Source: an uncultured Gammaproteobacteria bacterium (GTDB taxonomy: Bacteria; Patescibacteriota; Patescibacteriia; UBA9934; GWF2-40-263). Taken from it: a stretch of 60,525 nucleotides of DNA. The stretch lies in the NCBI GenBank assembly GCA_964388785.1, contig CAYMBX010000001.1, positions 1-60,525 on the forward strand, given 5' to 3'. The notes beneath the pieces were generated by a model. It saw only the letters and a list, made by a program, of their open reading frames with translations. It was not told where the DNA came from and made no database searches. The translations under genes were made by a program, and so were the position numbers. Shown here in pieces: positions 24,090 through 33,826 of the stretch (positions within the stretch are counted from its first letter, which is position 1; every line of letters starts with the position of its first letter).

Positions 24090-26354
24090 CTATTTGATAA
24101 TCTTTTTTGAAATGGTGATCTCCGGCACCTTCGCCTTCCCGTTGCGTTTAATCGGCACATCGATTTCAAGCGCATTCCAACGGCCGCGACCGATCATACT
24201 CACCGCCCGAGAACAAACAGCTTCTTCAAGCAATCGATCAACAATTTGGGGTTCATTTTTATCATCAAGATCAGGTGCAAACGTAATCGAAATGGCAAAC
24301 TCGCCCGCATTCCCCCTCGTGCTTGGACTCTCTCGTTTAAACGTAATCCGTAGTCGTTCGCATTTCACCCCAGGAAATACATACTGATCGAGAATGTCCG
24401 CGACGGATGCTTTCATTTCAATTTCTGTTGTTAAACCAGGTCTTTCAATGGTCGACGAATCAATGTTGACCGTATACACCTCTGAACGCTCGTCCGGATT
24501 GATTTCAAGAGAAATGTCCGGCTCGTGGAAATCATATCGTGGAAGCGGTTTCTCCGTCGTCATCTGCGCATTGCGCTTCGCCATGAGTTCCGTGCGAGGA
24601 CCCCATGTTCCTACGGAGACGCGTGTCCCGGTCGTTGGAGAAAGAGGTGTTTTTGTATTCCCTGTTAACTGCCGCTCTGACTCCTCCACCACACGACCCA
24701 AACTTCCCGGACCCAAACTATAGATTTCCTCATCCTTTAACTTTACCCCGATCGTCATTTGATACGGCAAATCGTCTGTCTGCCCCACAATCGGTTCCGC
24801 ATATTCCGGATCCGCAAACGGATTTGTGCCTTGTTCGAAACCAAACGCTTCTCCCTGCCGATCGATATAACCCGTGGCCAAATACCCAAAATCACCAAAC
24901 ACTTCTTTGAGTTCTTTCTGCCCTGTCTGAGGATTAACCGACGACACAAGAAAACGATATTTCTCATCAACTCCCTTTGCCAAACGTACCTGATCGATAT
25001 AGCCTTCGACTCCTTCAAGTTTTCGAGGTTTGTAATCCTCTCCCAAATCAGGGTCCGGCATTTCAAGAGTGATCTGCAAATACCGTGCATTTTTCTGCCA
25101 AGACATGTATTTTTCGCGGGAAATTCCCTTCGAACTAATGATGACGATCTTCTTTGGGAGTCCCGCATTCATCACATCGTCTTTTGAAGCCAACTTATCC
25201 GCAAATCCAAGAAAGAATTCGATCGCCGTCATCGTTGAATCGCCCGAGCCACCGAATACGATCGTTTTACCGGCAAATTTTCTTCGTGGAAATTTAACCG
25301 TCGGATCATCAATATAGTCGACCAACCCTTCATAGCTATCGAGTGTTGGCGGCTCGTCACCGACTCGCTTCGAACCCGATGCAAAAACTTTCTTCGATTC
25401 CTCATCAAAGCCTGAAGGCAAATTCGGTTCCCCAAGTCCTGAAATTTTATTGATCCTGTTTGCAAACACATACGTCCCGTCAGCGAATACAACTTTATAC
25501 CGCGCCGGCCATGTTTTCGATTTCGGATCATCTTGCGGTTTCACCACATGATCAAACGTCGTCTTCACCATCACCTCGCTGTTTGACAAAAACATGTTCG
25601 CTTCCGCAAGTTCACCGAATACGTTCCCTGTTGGAAAACGCTCGGACTCGATATAAGGCATCTGTACAGGCGCCCGTCGCCCCATCGAGTTTAAATTTCC
25701 TTTTCCAAGCATCGGTTGTGGGGTTGTACGTTCATGGGGAACGTTAGGACTGTTTATATCCACGAACTTTTTGTTCCGAAATTGGCCTGCCGTGTGAGGG
25801 AATCGATCAACGGTTAACGTTTTTACGTCCAAATTTTCCTGTGCCATGGCATTGGCATAAATCGCGCCATGAACACCCGCTCCAATATTCACTTCGTCAT
25901 AGACAAGTGCCGCGATATCCTCTTCATCAAGTGACTTTGCCGATCGTTCAAATTTTACATTTGAAGCTTTGATGGCATCATGAAGCAGGTGCGTTTTCTC
26001 TGCGTTCTCTTCATCAATCATTTTGATAAAGACTTCACGCAATTCACGGTCGCGCATCATCGACACAACAACAGAAGACACTTTTTCCGGTGAATCACCA
26101 AAGGTTTCTTCTTCAAAATTGACCATCTTATCTTTATGAATATCTAAAAACCGTTCGCGTGTGGTCGGATCAGAAAGCATGACTTTGATCAGATTACCAA
26201 TCCGTCCTTCTCGTAATTTTCGAGCATATAGTTGCGTGACTTCTTCCAAATCCTGTTCTTCTTTTTCTTCTTTTGTTTCAGCAACAGGCTGTTCACGCTC
26301 GGACATACTTCCCATTTCGGGAGATCTGCCAAATCTTTCAAATTGCATAGGCAT
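24090..26354 (-). CDS. Large protein with a two-dinucleotide-binding-domain flavoprotein core (N-hydroxylating monooxygenase-like), unknown function
   Basis: NIGAGVHGAIYA (GxGxxG) and a second IVFGGSGDSTMTA motif, plus an acidic N-terminal extension. Start set at ATG 26354 (MPMQFERF) because the longer ORF runs into the divergent ABC-F gene. Confidence 0.5.
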   Translation of the reverse strand: MPMQFERFGRSPEMGSMSEREQPVAETKEEKEEQDLEEVTQLYARKLREGRIGNLIKVMLSDPTTRERFLDIHKDKMVNFEEETFGDSPEKVSSVVVSMMRDRELREVFIKMIDEENAEKTHLLHDAIKASNVKFERSAKSLDEEDIAALVYDEVNIGAGVHGAIYANAMAQENLDVKTLTVDRFPHTAGQFRNKKFVDINSPNVPHERTTPQPMLGKGNLNSMGRRAPVQMPYIESERFPTGNVFGELAEANMFLSNSEVMVKTTFDHVVKPQDDPKSKTWPARYKVVFADGTYVFANRINKISGLGEPNLPSGFDEESKKVFASGSKRVGDEPPTLDSYEGLVDYIDDPTVKFPRRKFAGKTIVFGGSGDSTMTAIEFFLGFADKLASKDDVMNAGLPKKIVIISSKGISREKYMSWQKNARYLQITLEMPDPDLGEDYKPRKLEGVEGYIDQVRLAKGVDEKYRFLVSSVNPQTGQKELKEVFGDFGYLATGYIDRQGEAFGFEQGTNPFADPEYAEPIVGQTDDLPYQMTIGVKLKDEEIYSLGPGSLGRVVEESERQLTGNTKTPLSPTTGTRVSVGTWGPRTELMAKRNAQMTTEKPLPRYDFHEPDISLEINPDERSEVYTVNIDSSTIERPGLTTEIEMKASVADILDQYVFPGVKCERLRITFKRESPSTRGNAGEFAISITFAPDLDDKNEPQIVDRLLEEAVCSRAVSMIGRGRWNALEIDVPIKRNGKAKVPEITISKKIIK

Positions 26355-26463
26355 CTGTTTAATTCTGACAATAATGGCATTGTACCTAAAATGAAAAAAA
26401 CAACAATTCTGTTGTGTATTTCTCGACACATTTATCATCTTATGGTACATTTCTGGCCTTGCT

Positions 26464-27921
26464 ATGAGCCAACAGAACGTAATCATAAGGTTTGAAGATG
26501 TCCGCTTTGGATACCACAGCGAAAAACGTCTGCTTGATGAGGCGTCTTTTTCCGTTCGCGAGGACGCGAAATTTACACTGATGGGCCAAAACGGCGCTGG
26601 CAAAAGCACGATCTTCAAACTCATCACCGGTGAGCTGAAGCCGGAACGCGGACAAATTCACATTCCACCAAATGCAACCATTGCGATCGCCAAGCAGGTC
26701 ATGGCGCGCGAACATTTGACGGAAACGGTACGAGAATATTTTGCACATGCGTTTACGGAAGTTCCCTATAACCTCGACAAGCGCATTGCTGACGTGCTTG
26801 AGGTCGTTAATCTCTCCGCACCGCTCGACAAAATCGTCGGTGAATTTTCCGGTGGTCAACAAGCCCGCCTTCTTCTCGCGTTTGCCCTCATCCAAGAACC
26901 GGACATTTTGCTTTTGGATGAACCGACCAACAATCTCGACCGTGATGGGATCGATCATCTCACCGCATTTCTCATCATGTATCCCAAAACCGTTCTGGTC
27001 ATCTCCCACGACGCCGACTTCCTCAACTGCTTCACCGAAGGCGTGTTGCATCTTGATGTATTCACGGGAAAAGTCGATCGATACGACGGGAATTATTTTG
27101 ACGTCGTGGAGGAAATCGCCGCACGCGTGGAACGCGAGCGTGCCAAAAACGCTCAGTTGCTGAAGACCATCCAAGATCGAAAAGACAAAGTGAATTTCTT
27201 TGCGCACAAGGGAGGAAAGATGCGTAAGCTCGCGAGCAAACTGAGGGATGAAATTGAGGAAGCGGAAGAAAACATGGTGGATGTGAAACGGGACGATCGC
27301 ACGATTAGCGCGTTTGCAATTCCCGCACAGCCGTTTACCGAACCGATCGTGCGACTCACCGCCGTCAACGTGATTCAAAATCACGAAGCGCATCGTACAC
27401 CCGTTGATCTGACGCTTCGGCGTGGCACACACCTGCTCATTGCCGGTCCAAATGGAATCGGAAAAAGCACGCTTCTGCGCACACTTGCGCTTGAACGCGG
27501 AACGGATGCCGTGATCACCCCCGGCGTAAAAGTCGGTTATTATCGACAAGATTTTTCCGGACTTGATTTCGAACAAACTGCGTACGATTCGCTTTGGTCA
27601 ATCATGGATGTCCCGGATAATGAACTACTCAGACGAACAGCCGCGCGTTTCCTCCTCAACGGCGACGCACTGGCCACACCGATCGGCGCACTCTCTGAGG
27701 GACAAAAGGGTCTTCTGTGTTTTGCGCGGTTTGTCCTTCAAGAACCCGGACTGCTGATTTTTGACGAGCCAACGAACCATATCAATTTTCGCCATCTACC
27801 CGTCATCGCGAAAGCACTGAACGATTACGAAGGCTGCTTGTTGGTTGTGAGCCATGCGGAAGATTTCGTGAAACAAATCCGCTTTGACCAGACACTCGAT
27901 CTCTCAACACTTAGAAAATAA
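26464..27921 (+). CDS. ABC-F family ATPase (two ABC cassettes, no membrane domain)
   Basis: Two Walker A motifs (GQNGAGKST, GPNGIGKST), two LSGGQ-type signatures (FSGGQQ, LSEGQK) and an inter-domain linker. Confidence 0.9.
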   Translation: MSQQNVIIRFEDVRFGYHSEKRLLDEASFSVREDAKFTLMGQNGAGKSTIFKLITGELKPERGQIHIPPNATIAIAKQVMAREHLTETVREYFAHAFTEVPYNLDKRIADVLEVVNLSAPLDKIVGEFSGGQQARLLLAFALIQEPDILLLDEPTNNLDRDGIDHLTAFLIMYPKTVLVISHDADFLNCFTEGVLHLDVFTGKVDRYDGNYFDVVEEIAARVERERAKNAQLLKTIQDRKDKVNFFAHKGGKMRKLASKLRDEIEEAEENMVDVKRDDRTISAFAIPAQPFTEPIVRLTAVNVIQNHEAHRTPVDLTLRRGTHLLIAGPNGIGKSTLLRTLALERGTDAVITPGVKVGYYRQDFSGLDFEQTAYDSLWSIMDVPDNELLRRTAARFLLNGDALATPIGALSEGQKGLLCFARFVLQEPGLLIFDEPTNHINFRHLPVIAKALNDYEGCLLVVSHAEDFVKQIRFDQTLDLSTLRK

Positions 27922-27928
27922 ACAATCT

Positions 27929-28384
27929 ATGAAAAAATTCTTTGATAAGAAACGAACGGGTGGATATAAAGGCGGTGGAAAAAAATTTGGTGGTGGCGGA
28001 GGCGGCAGATGGCAAAGAGATGAGGAACGCGGACAACGACCAACCATGTACCGAGCGACATGCGACGGATGCCGTACCTCATGCGAAGTTCCGTTTCAGC
28101 CAACAGGACAACGGCCGGTGTATTGTCGCGAATGTTTCCGCTCAAACGACAGCGGTTCACAATACAAGCGTCCAAGCTTTATGGAGAAGAAACCACCATT
28201 TTCAAGTGCGCCCCGTTCCAGCACAAGCACTACTGACGAGGTGGTGCGAGAACTCAAAGCGCTCAACAAAAAAATGGATCAGCTCCTGGAAGCTCTGTCC
28301 GGATTTGAAGTCGTAGAAGAAGACGAGGAGGACGAAAATCGAGACGAAGAGATGGGTGATGTGAGTTTCACAGATGAAGAATAA
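27929..28384 (+). CDS. CxxC-x17-CxxC zinc-binding protein with Gly/Lys-rich N-terminus and acidic C-terminus
   Basis: CDGCRTSCEVPFQPTGQRPVYCRECF. ATG at 27929. Confidence 0.7.
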   Translation: MKKFFDKKRTGGYKGGGKKFGGGGGGRWQRDEERGQRPTMYRATCDGCRTSCEVPFQPTGQRPVYCRECFRSNDSGSQYKRPSFMEKKPPFSSAPRSSTSTTDEVVRELKALNKKMDQLLEALSGFEVVEEDEEDENRDEEMGDVSFTDEE

Positions 28385-28395
28385 ACGCGTTTTAC

Positions 28396-28429
28396 AAAAA
28401 CCGTCCGGTCATTCGACCGGACGGTTTTT
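28396..28429 (+). terminator. Rho-independent terminator
   Basis: 15-bp stem AAAAACCGTCCGGTC-attc-GACCGGACGGTTTTT. Confidence 0.85.
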
Positions 28430-28436
28430 GTCACGT

Positions 28437-29654
28437 ATGATGTGTGGCGATATGTTTAAAAATCTTTCATCAGCTCAACGAAGACTCTTGACGTCTTTTT
28501 TTCTTTTTGGACTGGCCACCCCCATGGTGGTTGTGTATGCCAACACGTTTCTATGGCGCCAAACGCAGGATTTACTTACGCTCGCCATTTTCAACATCGG
28601 CAATTACATCGGCATCACCCTTGGATTTTTATTCAACGCTCGTCTTTTGCGTATATTTGAAAGCGGTCGACTGTATGCATTTGGCTGTGTCCTGCAAGGC
28701 ATCGTCCCGATCGTGCTTGTGGCGCTTGGTGCGCAGGCAAATACATATGTCCTCCCCCTTGGAATTGTGCTTGGCATTGCACAAGGATTTTTTTGGAGCA
28801 ATCGGAACGCGCTCACGTCAAAAGTTACGCAAGGCCCCCATCGCTATCAGTTTATCAGCACAGAAACCGCCTTCTCCATCATTGCAGGCATTGGCTCTCC
28901 GCTTCTGATCGGTTGGTTTATTGCGTTTGGAGAAACGCTTCCAAGCTATACGGTCGAGCAAGCCTATCAAATCACCTCCGTTCTTGGCTTTTTACTGCTT
29001 GTGGGTGCGGGAATGCTCGCGTGGAATTACATCGTTGAACCATTCGCGGACAAGGTATTTTTTGTAAAACCGGCAAGCACGCGGTGGAACCTGCAGCGCC
29101 TGCTCGAAGGAGTCAATGGAATCGCAAGCGGAATCGAAAGCATTTTGCCGCTTGTCATTATTTTGCTATTTCTTGGACAAGAAGAAGCGGTAGGAACCGT
29201 CAAAGCGCTCGCTTCGGCCCTGTCAGCGGTTGTCATTTTCCTCTTGTCACGCCGCGTGCGTCACAACCATCACACGGCACTGTTTAGTATTTGGTTGCTG
29301 TTTAATTTTGTCGGTGCCGCCATCTTTTTTTGGTGGTACTCCCCGCTTTCGGCCCTCGTATTTTTTGTGTTGAACGGTCTTGTCGCCTCCCTGCGCTGGT
29401 CATCACTGATCACGGTCATGTATGAACTGGTCGACAGAGAAATCGAACACGACGGATCGCACCGTTTTGTGTATTTGATTGATCGTGAACTTTTTCTCAA
29501 CGCCGGTCGCGTGGCAGGTATCGCCCTGTTGGCGTGGTTTTATACGCTAAATCCCGCAATGACCTTGAGATCCGGGCTTGTGCTCATGATCCTCATCCAA
29601 ATTCCAGCCGTCTTCATGCTAAAACACATCAGTGACAGTGTACATCGTCACTAA
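28437..29654 (+). CDS. MFS-type membrane transporter
   Basis: Multi-helix hydrophobic ORF. The start must lie after the terminator hairpin, at ATG 28437 or 28452. Confidence 0.65.
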   Translation: MMCGDMFKNLSSAQRRLLTSFFLFGLATPMVVVYANTFLWRQTQDLLTLAIFNIGNYIGITLGFLFNARLLRIFESGRLYAFGCVLQGIVPIVLVALGAQANTYVLPLGIVLGIAQGFFWSNRNALTSKVTQGPHRYQFISTETAFSIIAGIGSPLLIGWFIAFGETLPSYTVEQAYQITSVLGFLLLVGAGMLAWNYIVEPFADKVFFVKPASTRWNLQRLLEGVNGIASGIESILPLVIILLFLGQEEAVGTVKALASALSAVVIFLLSRRVRHNHHTALFSIWLLFNFVGAAIFFWWYSPLSALVFFVLNGLVASLRWSSLITVMYELVDREIEHDGSHRFVYLIDRELFLNAGRVAGIALLAWFYTLNPAMTLRSGLVLMILIQIPAVFMLKHISDSVHRH

Positions 29655-29664
29655 TTTTATCTAT

Positions 29665-30606
29665 TTACGCATGGATGGACGATTTGGTCGTGAGTTTCAC
29701 GTCGAATGTTTGCCCGCTCAGTTCGGTCTTCACCTCCCCCTCGGGCGAAATCTCAAGCGTCACACCTCCCCCGGCGTTTACCGGAAGGTAATCCGTTGCC
29801 GGACGATCAAGCACACGACGTTTAATAAACGGACTGATCGCGTCATAGTGACTCACCGCCCAGATCACCAGACGCTTTCCCGGATTTTCTTTATGTCGTT
29901 GGTCGGCTGCACGCGTGAGCATGAGCAAAAAATAACGCATGCGCTCTGCGATATCTTCAACCCCCTCTGCGTTCATGGCTTTGCGTGTCTCGCGCTCGCT
30001 ATCTATCTCATAATTGATCCAGAACTTCTTTCCGCTGCCGTATTTCTCAACTAAATGTTGCACGAACTCCGGCGATTTGCTGAACATTTTGAGCGCTTCA
30101 AGTTCGTCAAATTCCACCGGCCCTTCCGGCTCTGCAAACTCCGCAAATTCAGAACGGTTTAACAACTGAGTCTGATCGACCCCAACCTCTTCGAGCGCTT
30201 CTTCGATCCCATTGATAACCTGCTCCGCCGTTTCCAGTCCACGCTTATGTTCACTCGTGAATCCTTCGGGCGACTCCAACTTTGCATCGCTTGCCACAAC
30301 AAGAATCTCCACCTCTTTACGCTCCTCCGGCGAGAGGGCCGCGAACAGATTCAGAAAATATTGCTTGGCTTGTGCGCGCGTTTGTTCAACGGCTTCAGGT
30401 GTGAGCGCGCCAAAATCCTTTGCATCCGGATTTCGTTCATCTTTTGCATTGCGCTGGAGGATCAGCGCCGTTCCATCCACTTCCGGAACAACCATACGCA
30501 GATCCGCTTCCGTGATCCCATGAATTTCCCCACCAACCTCCGTCTGTTTTTCCACTTCAGGTCCCCGCATCACTTCAGGCCCGGAAATGACTTCTCTTGA
30601 TTTCAT
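29665..30606 (-). CDS. Hypothetical protein (weak histidine-phosphatase-like features)
   Basis: ILQRNAKDE in place of an RHG motif, and a late VSHYDAI. Very tentative. Confidence 0.4.
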   Translation of the reverse strand: MKSREVISGPEVMRGPEVEKQTEVGGEIHGITEADLRMVVPEVDGTALILQRNAKDERNPDAKDFGALTPEAVEQTRAQAKQYFLNLFAALSPEERKEVEILVVASDAKLESPEGFTSEHKRGLETAEQVINGIEEALEEVGVDQTQLLNRSEFAEFAEPEGPVEFDELEALKMFSKSPEFVQHLVEKYGSGKKFWINYEIDSERETRKAMNAEGVEDIAERMRYFLLMLTRAADQRHKENPGKRLVIWAVSHYDAISPFIKRRVLDRPATDYLPVNAGGGVTLEISPEGEVKTELSGQTFDVKLTTKSSIHA

Positions 30607-30642
30607 AATATGTTAGGATGGATGCAAATAAATTTTGTGTTT

Positions 30643-31176
30643 ATGCTAGCATATTTTGGCTACGGAACGAATCGCAACCGCGACATGATGGCAGCGATGA
30701 TCGGGAGAGAAAATTTAACAGGAGAGGAAGCGGTCTTGCCTGGATACGAACTCGTCATCCAAAATTTAGAACACATCCCCGACAAAGTGCTCCCAACAGC
30801 ACCAGTTCCCAAATCCGCACGTGAAATTCTCGGTTCTGCACTTGGTAAAGAGGCAAGGCTCTATATCATTCGTCCAAATCCGGACGCGCAAACGCATGGA
30901 ACTCTCTGGCAACTTTCCGAACTCGAGTACGAGATGGTGCGTGATTGGGAACTGCTCGATTTTGGGATGCAGGAGGATTTGCAGGCACAGGCGCGTACGA
31001 AATCAGGCCAAACCGTGCAGATACAGACACACGGTTCGCGCGATCCAAATCTGCCCGCCAGTATGGTCATTTACGGAAGGGATTATGAAGACTACATCGT
31101 TGAAAAGAATCTTATTCTTGAAACAGCCCGACGCGTGAATAGAGAATTTCGTGAACGGATGGAATCGCAAACGTGA
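30643..31176 (+). CDS. Gamma-glutamylcyclotransferase / AIG2-like family protein
   Basis: N-terminal YFGYGTNRNRDMM (YGSN-type motif) and a conserved later E in LSELEYEMV. Confidence 0.55.
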   Translation: MLAYFGYGTNRNRDMMAAMIGRENLTGEEAVLPGYELVIQNLEHIPDKVLPTAPVPKSAREILGSALGKEARLYIIRPNPDAQTHGTLWQLSELEYEMVRDWELLDFGMQEDLQAQARTKSGQTVQIQTHGSRDPNLPASMVIYGRDYEDYIVEKNLILETARRVNREFRERMESQT

Positions 31177-31177
31177 T

Positions 31178-31795
31178 ATGGAATCATGTCCAATAAAACT
31201 TGAACCGCTCGATCTCAAAAAAGTTGAGCACGTGGTCAGTACATACGAAAATGCGCATACACGACACAAACGTGGTGCGATCATTTTTGTCGGATCAGGC
31301 GGCGGCAAATCAACCACGTACCGCAAACAAGTACCAAACGCTGAAGGAAAAGTTGATTTAGTCGATGCAGACCTCGTTTATCGCGAAACGGAAGCACACC
31401 CCACTGAGCCTGGTATGACCCCTCTTCGACCGCTTCCTTGGTGGGATATGGGACTTGAGGTCATTCAGGAAGTAGAGAAGCGATGCGGGGTTGTGAACCA
31501 AGTCATGGTCGAACACGGACTTTGGGCACTCACAACCTCCTTTGATCCGAATGATTCCTATATTCCTCATCAGTTGGTGATCGTCATACTGCCTTGGGAA
31601 GAACAGAGGAAACGCATTATTGAGAAGTCTGGCAGTGAATACTATGATGGTGGAGCCAAAGCAACAGATGAGGGATTCGAGTTAGTGAAACAACACCGAG
31701 AGTGGGCAGAACGGGTCGCAAAAGAAAAGAATATCCCGGTCGTAAGTTCAATTGAGTCGGCGATTGAGTTGGTTCGTACTTGGGAGAATATATGA
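31178..31795 (+). CDS. P-loop NTPase/kinase-like hypothetical protein
   Basis: IIFVGSGGGKST Walker A. Start is 2 nt after the upstream stop. Confidence 0.5.
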   Translation: MESCPIKLEPLDLKKVEHVVSTYENAHTRHKRGAIIFVGSGGGKSTTYRKQVPNAEGKVDLVDADLVYRETEAHPTEPGMTPLRPLPWWDMGLEVIQEVEKRCGVVNQVMVEHGLWALTTSFDPNDSYIPHQLVIVILPWEEQRKRIIEKSGSEYYDGGAKATDEGFELVKQHREWAERVAKEKNIPVVSSIESAIELVRTWENI

Positions 31796-31810
31796 TTGTT
31801 GTTGATCAAA

Positions 31811-31840
31811 CAAAAACGCCCAGCCTATGCTGAGCGTTTT
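31811..31840. terminator. Bidirectional terminator
   Basis: AAAAACGCCCAGC-cta-TGCTGAGCGTTTTT between convergent genes. Confidence 0.7.
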
Positions 31841-31928
31841 TGTTGGTGACCCTCGGCGACTTGGTTGCAACCAGTGGGTGGAGGAATTGAGGGGGTGGGT
31901 GCGATTTCGTGGGCTGGTCGCTCTGTCA

Positions 31929-32345
31929 TCAGGAGCTACAGGCGTGACATAAACCGAAAACGGCAGTGCTGGGTGTGTGAAGAATGGTAAATTTTTTAGC
32001 ATCTCGTTTCATGGATATAAGAAACTGACACTCGTTTTGACATCCATACACCTCCTCAATCATCCCGCAAGATTCACACACAGCATGATGATGGTGGGGT
32101 TTGTGTGCACTTTCAAAATCAGTATGTCCATGTCCCACATCACAGGCTAACCAAATTCCTTTCTCAACAAAATCGGTAGCCATACGATACAGTGTCACAT
32201 CGTTAATCTTGGGAAATTCTTTTTTCAAAATTTCTATTCCAACAGGATGCTTTTGTTTTTTCACATAGAGAAGCACCCTGATGCGATTCTCCGTCGCACG
32301 CATCCCATTTTTTCTAAGCAAATCTCTTAATTCTTTTTTCTCCAT
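31929..32345 (-). CDS. Fur-family metalloregulator (Fur/Zur/PerR type)
   Basis: RATENRIRVLLYV wHTH, HHHHAVCESCG and a C-terminal CxxC. About 139 aa from ATG 32345. Confidence 0.8.
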   Translation of the reverse strand: MEKKELRDLLRKNGMRATENRIRVLLYVKKQKHPVGIEILKKEFPKINDVTLYRMATDFVEKGIWLACDVGHGHTDFESAHKPHHHHAVCESCGMIEEVYGCQNECQFLISMKRDAKKFTILHTPSTAVFGLCHACSS

Positions 32346-32521
32346 AGACGTTTCAAAATATCGAAGATGATTGCTTTGATCAACCGAAATAAATCTTTGA
32401 TTTGCCAAACGATGATAGCAAAGATGGGAACAGATGCCAATGCTTGCGCCACACTGACAGCAGTGATGACTTCTTGTTGAGTTTGAACAGGATCCCCGCA
32501 AACCATGCACATAACGATCGT

Positions 32522-33826
32522 TTATAGATGATTATGTATAGGAAGATTTTCGTCCTGCCAAGCAAGAATTCCCCCCTTAAGCGAATACGCTTCGTAGCCG
32601 AGTTTTTTCATCATGGCTGCAGCCCGCTTGCTTCTTCGGCCAAACGGACACACGAAAATGATCGGCTTATCAGGACAGAACTTTACATCGTTTTCTAGCC
32701 ATTCAAAGAGTGTTTCTTCGGGTATATTCAATGACCCATCGACATGGATGGTTTTAAACGACGCGTGACTTCGGCTGTCGATGAGAATCGCGCCTTGCTT
32801 TATTTTTTCTAATGTCTCTTGGGGTGTCAGCTCATCGACATTTAAAAGATCTTCTTCCGTTAGCTTCTCAGCAACACAGGAGGGTTTTTCGATCCCGAGC
32901 AGGTCTGGACGGTACTTGGTAATGTAGCTCACATACCATTCCATCCGATCGCAAACAATGAAGACAACATTCACGGGCTTCTCTGCCGGATACTGCTGAA
33001 AGTATTCTTTTACAGCCGCAAAAACGGCCCCACTTGTCGGACCGCACAAGACACCAGCTCGTTGTATAAGTTCAATTTCAGCATCAACAGCCACTCCGGG
33101 ATTTACCTCAAGAATATGCGTGTAAAAGGTGGGGACGAACAGTCCAACCTCAAGCACTTCATCACGATTGCGAATGCCTGGAATATAGCCTCCCTTTGAT
33201 GCAACGACGCCGATAACTCTCAGTTCTCTATCACGTTCTTGGATGCGCGTTGCCGTCCCACGGGTTGATCCAGATGTACCAACTCCACCGAAAAAGAAAT
33301 CAACACGGTTAAGATCATTCAACAACTCTTCTCCTGTTGTTCTGTAATGCGTGTCTATATTCTTTTCGTTGCTATACTGCGATGTAAAATATACCTTGCC
33401 GGGATGTTTGCGAATTTCTTCATGAACATACACAAGCGGATCATTTGGATCATTTGGGTCGTGACAATCACTTTTGCCAGGAAGTTCTTGGATTTCCGTT
33501 CCCATGATGTTGAGAATGTCCTTCACCTCAGGAACTTTGATGCGATTTGTGATCGTTTTAAACGGAATACTGTGAGCGGAAGCAATGCCCTGCAGAGCCT
33601 TGGCGGTGTTCCCACTCGACATTTCAACAATCGTCTGACCACTTTGTCGAATGAAATCGATATCATCCTTCAGGATACCCCAAGCAATTCGATCTTTCAC
33701 TGAGCCAAAGGGGTTGTAATACTCGAGCTTTGCATACAGGTTTACATTTGGGATTCTGTGAACATTGGGATCAATCTCAAGTAACGGGGTGTTTCCAATA
33801 AGTTCTGTTATGTTTCTGTAGAGCAT
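32522..33826 (-). CDS. Cysteine-synthase-family PLP enzyme fused to a C-terminal rhodanese domain
   Basis: LIGNTPLL, NPFGSVKDRIA (PLP lysine), SSGNTAKAL and GVGTSGST. The rhodanese active-site loop CPFGRRS lies in the last ~100 aa. Confidence 0.75.
   Translation of the reverse strand: MLYRNITELIGNTPLLEIDPNVHRIPNVNLYAKLEYYNPFGSVKDRIAWGILKDDIDFIRQSGQTIVEMSSGNTAKALQGIASAHSIPFKTITNRIKVPEVKDILNIMGTEIQELPGKSDCHDPNDPNDPLVYVHEEIRKHPGKVYFTSQYSNEKNIDTHYRTTGEELLNDLNRVDFFFGGVGTSGSTRGTATRIQERDRELRVIGVVASKGGYIPGIRNRDEVLEVGLFVPTFYTHILEVNPGVAVDAEIELIQRAGVLCGPTSGAVFAAVKEYFQQYPAEKPVNVVFIVCDRMEWYVSYITKYRPDLLGIEKPSCVAEKLTEEDLLNVDELTPQETLEKIKQGAILIDSRSHASFKTIHVDGSLNIPEETLFEWLENDVKFCPDKPIIFVCPFGRRSKRAAAMMKKLGYEAYSLKGGILAWQDENLPIHNHL

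Noticed and set aside
26355-26627. N-terminal 91-aa extension of the large minus-strand ORF (track start at 26627).
   Set aside because: It would run through the divergent ABC-F start and promoter region. Its sequence is hydrophobic/Cys-rich and looks like noise. ATG 26354 (MPMQFERF) gives a sensible intergenic spacer.
26440-27576. 378-aa ORF antisense to the ABC-F ATPase gene.
   Set aside because: The plus-strand product has two complete ABC cassettes. The antisense product has no recognisable motifs.
31845-31873. TGGTGACCCTCGGCGACTTGGTTGCAACC, which looks like the reverse complement of a tRNA 3' end (…GGTCACCA).
   Set aside because: There is no matching 5' acceptor strand, no GTTCRANYC T-loop and no cloverleaf. 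Only the 8-nt GGTCACCA is shared with tRNA-Glu.
32346-32510. Cys/His-rich 55-aa N-terminal extension of the Fur-family gene (GTG start at 32510).
   Set aside because: Fur proteins are about 140 aa and the homology begins at MEKKELRDLL (ATG 32345). The extension starts with GTG and has no ribosome-binding site. It is kept only as a remote possibility.
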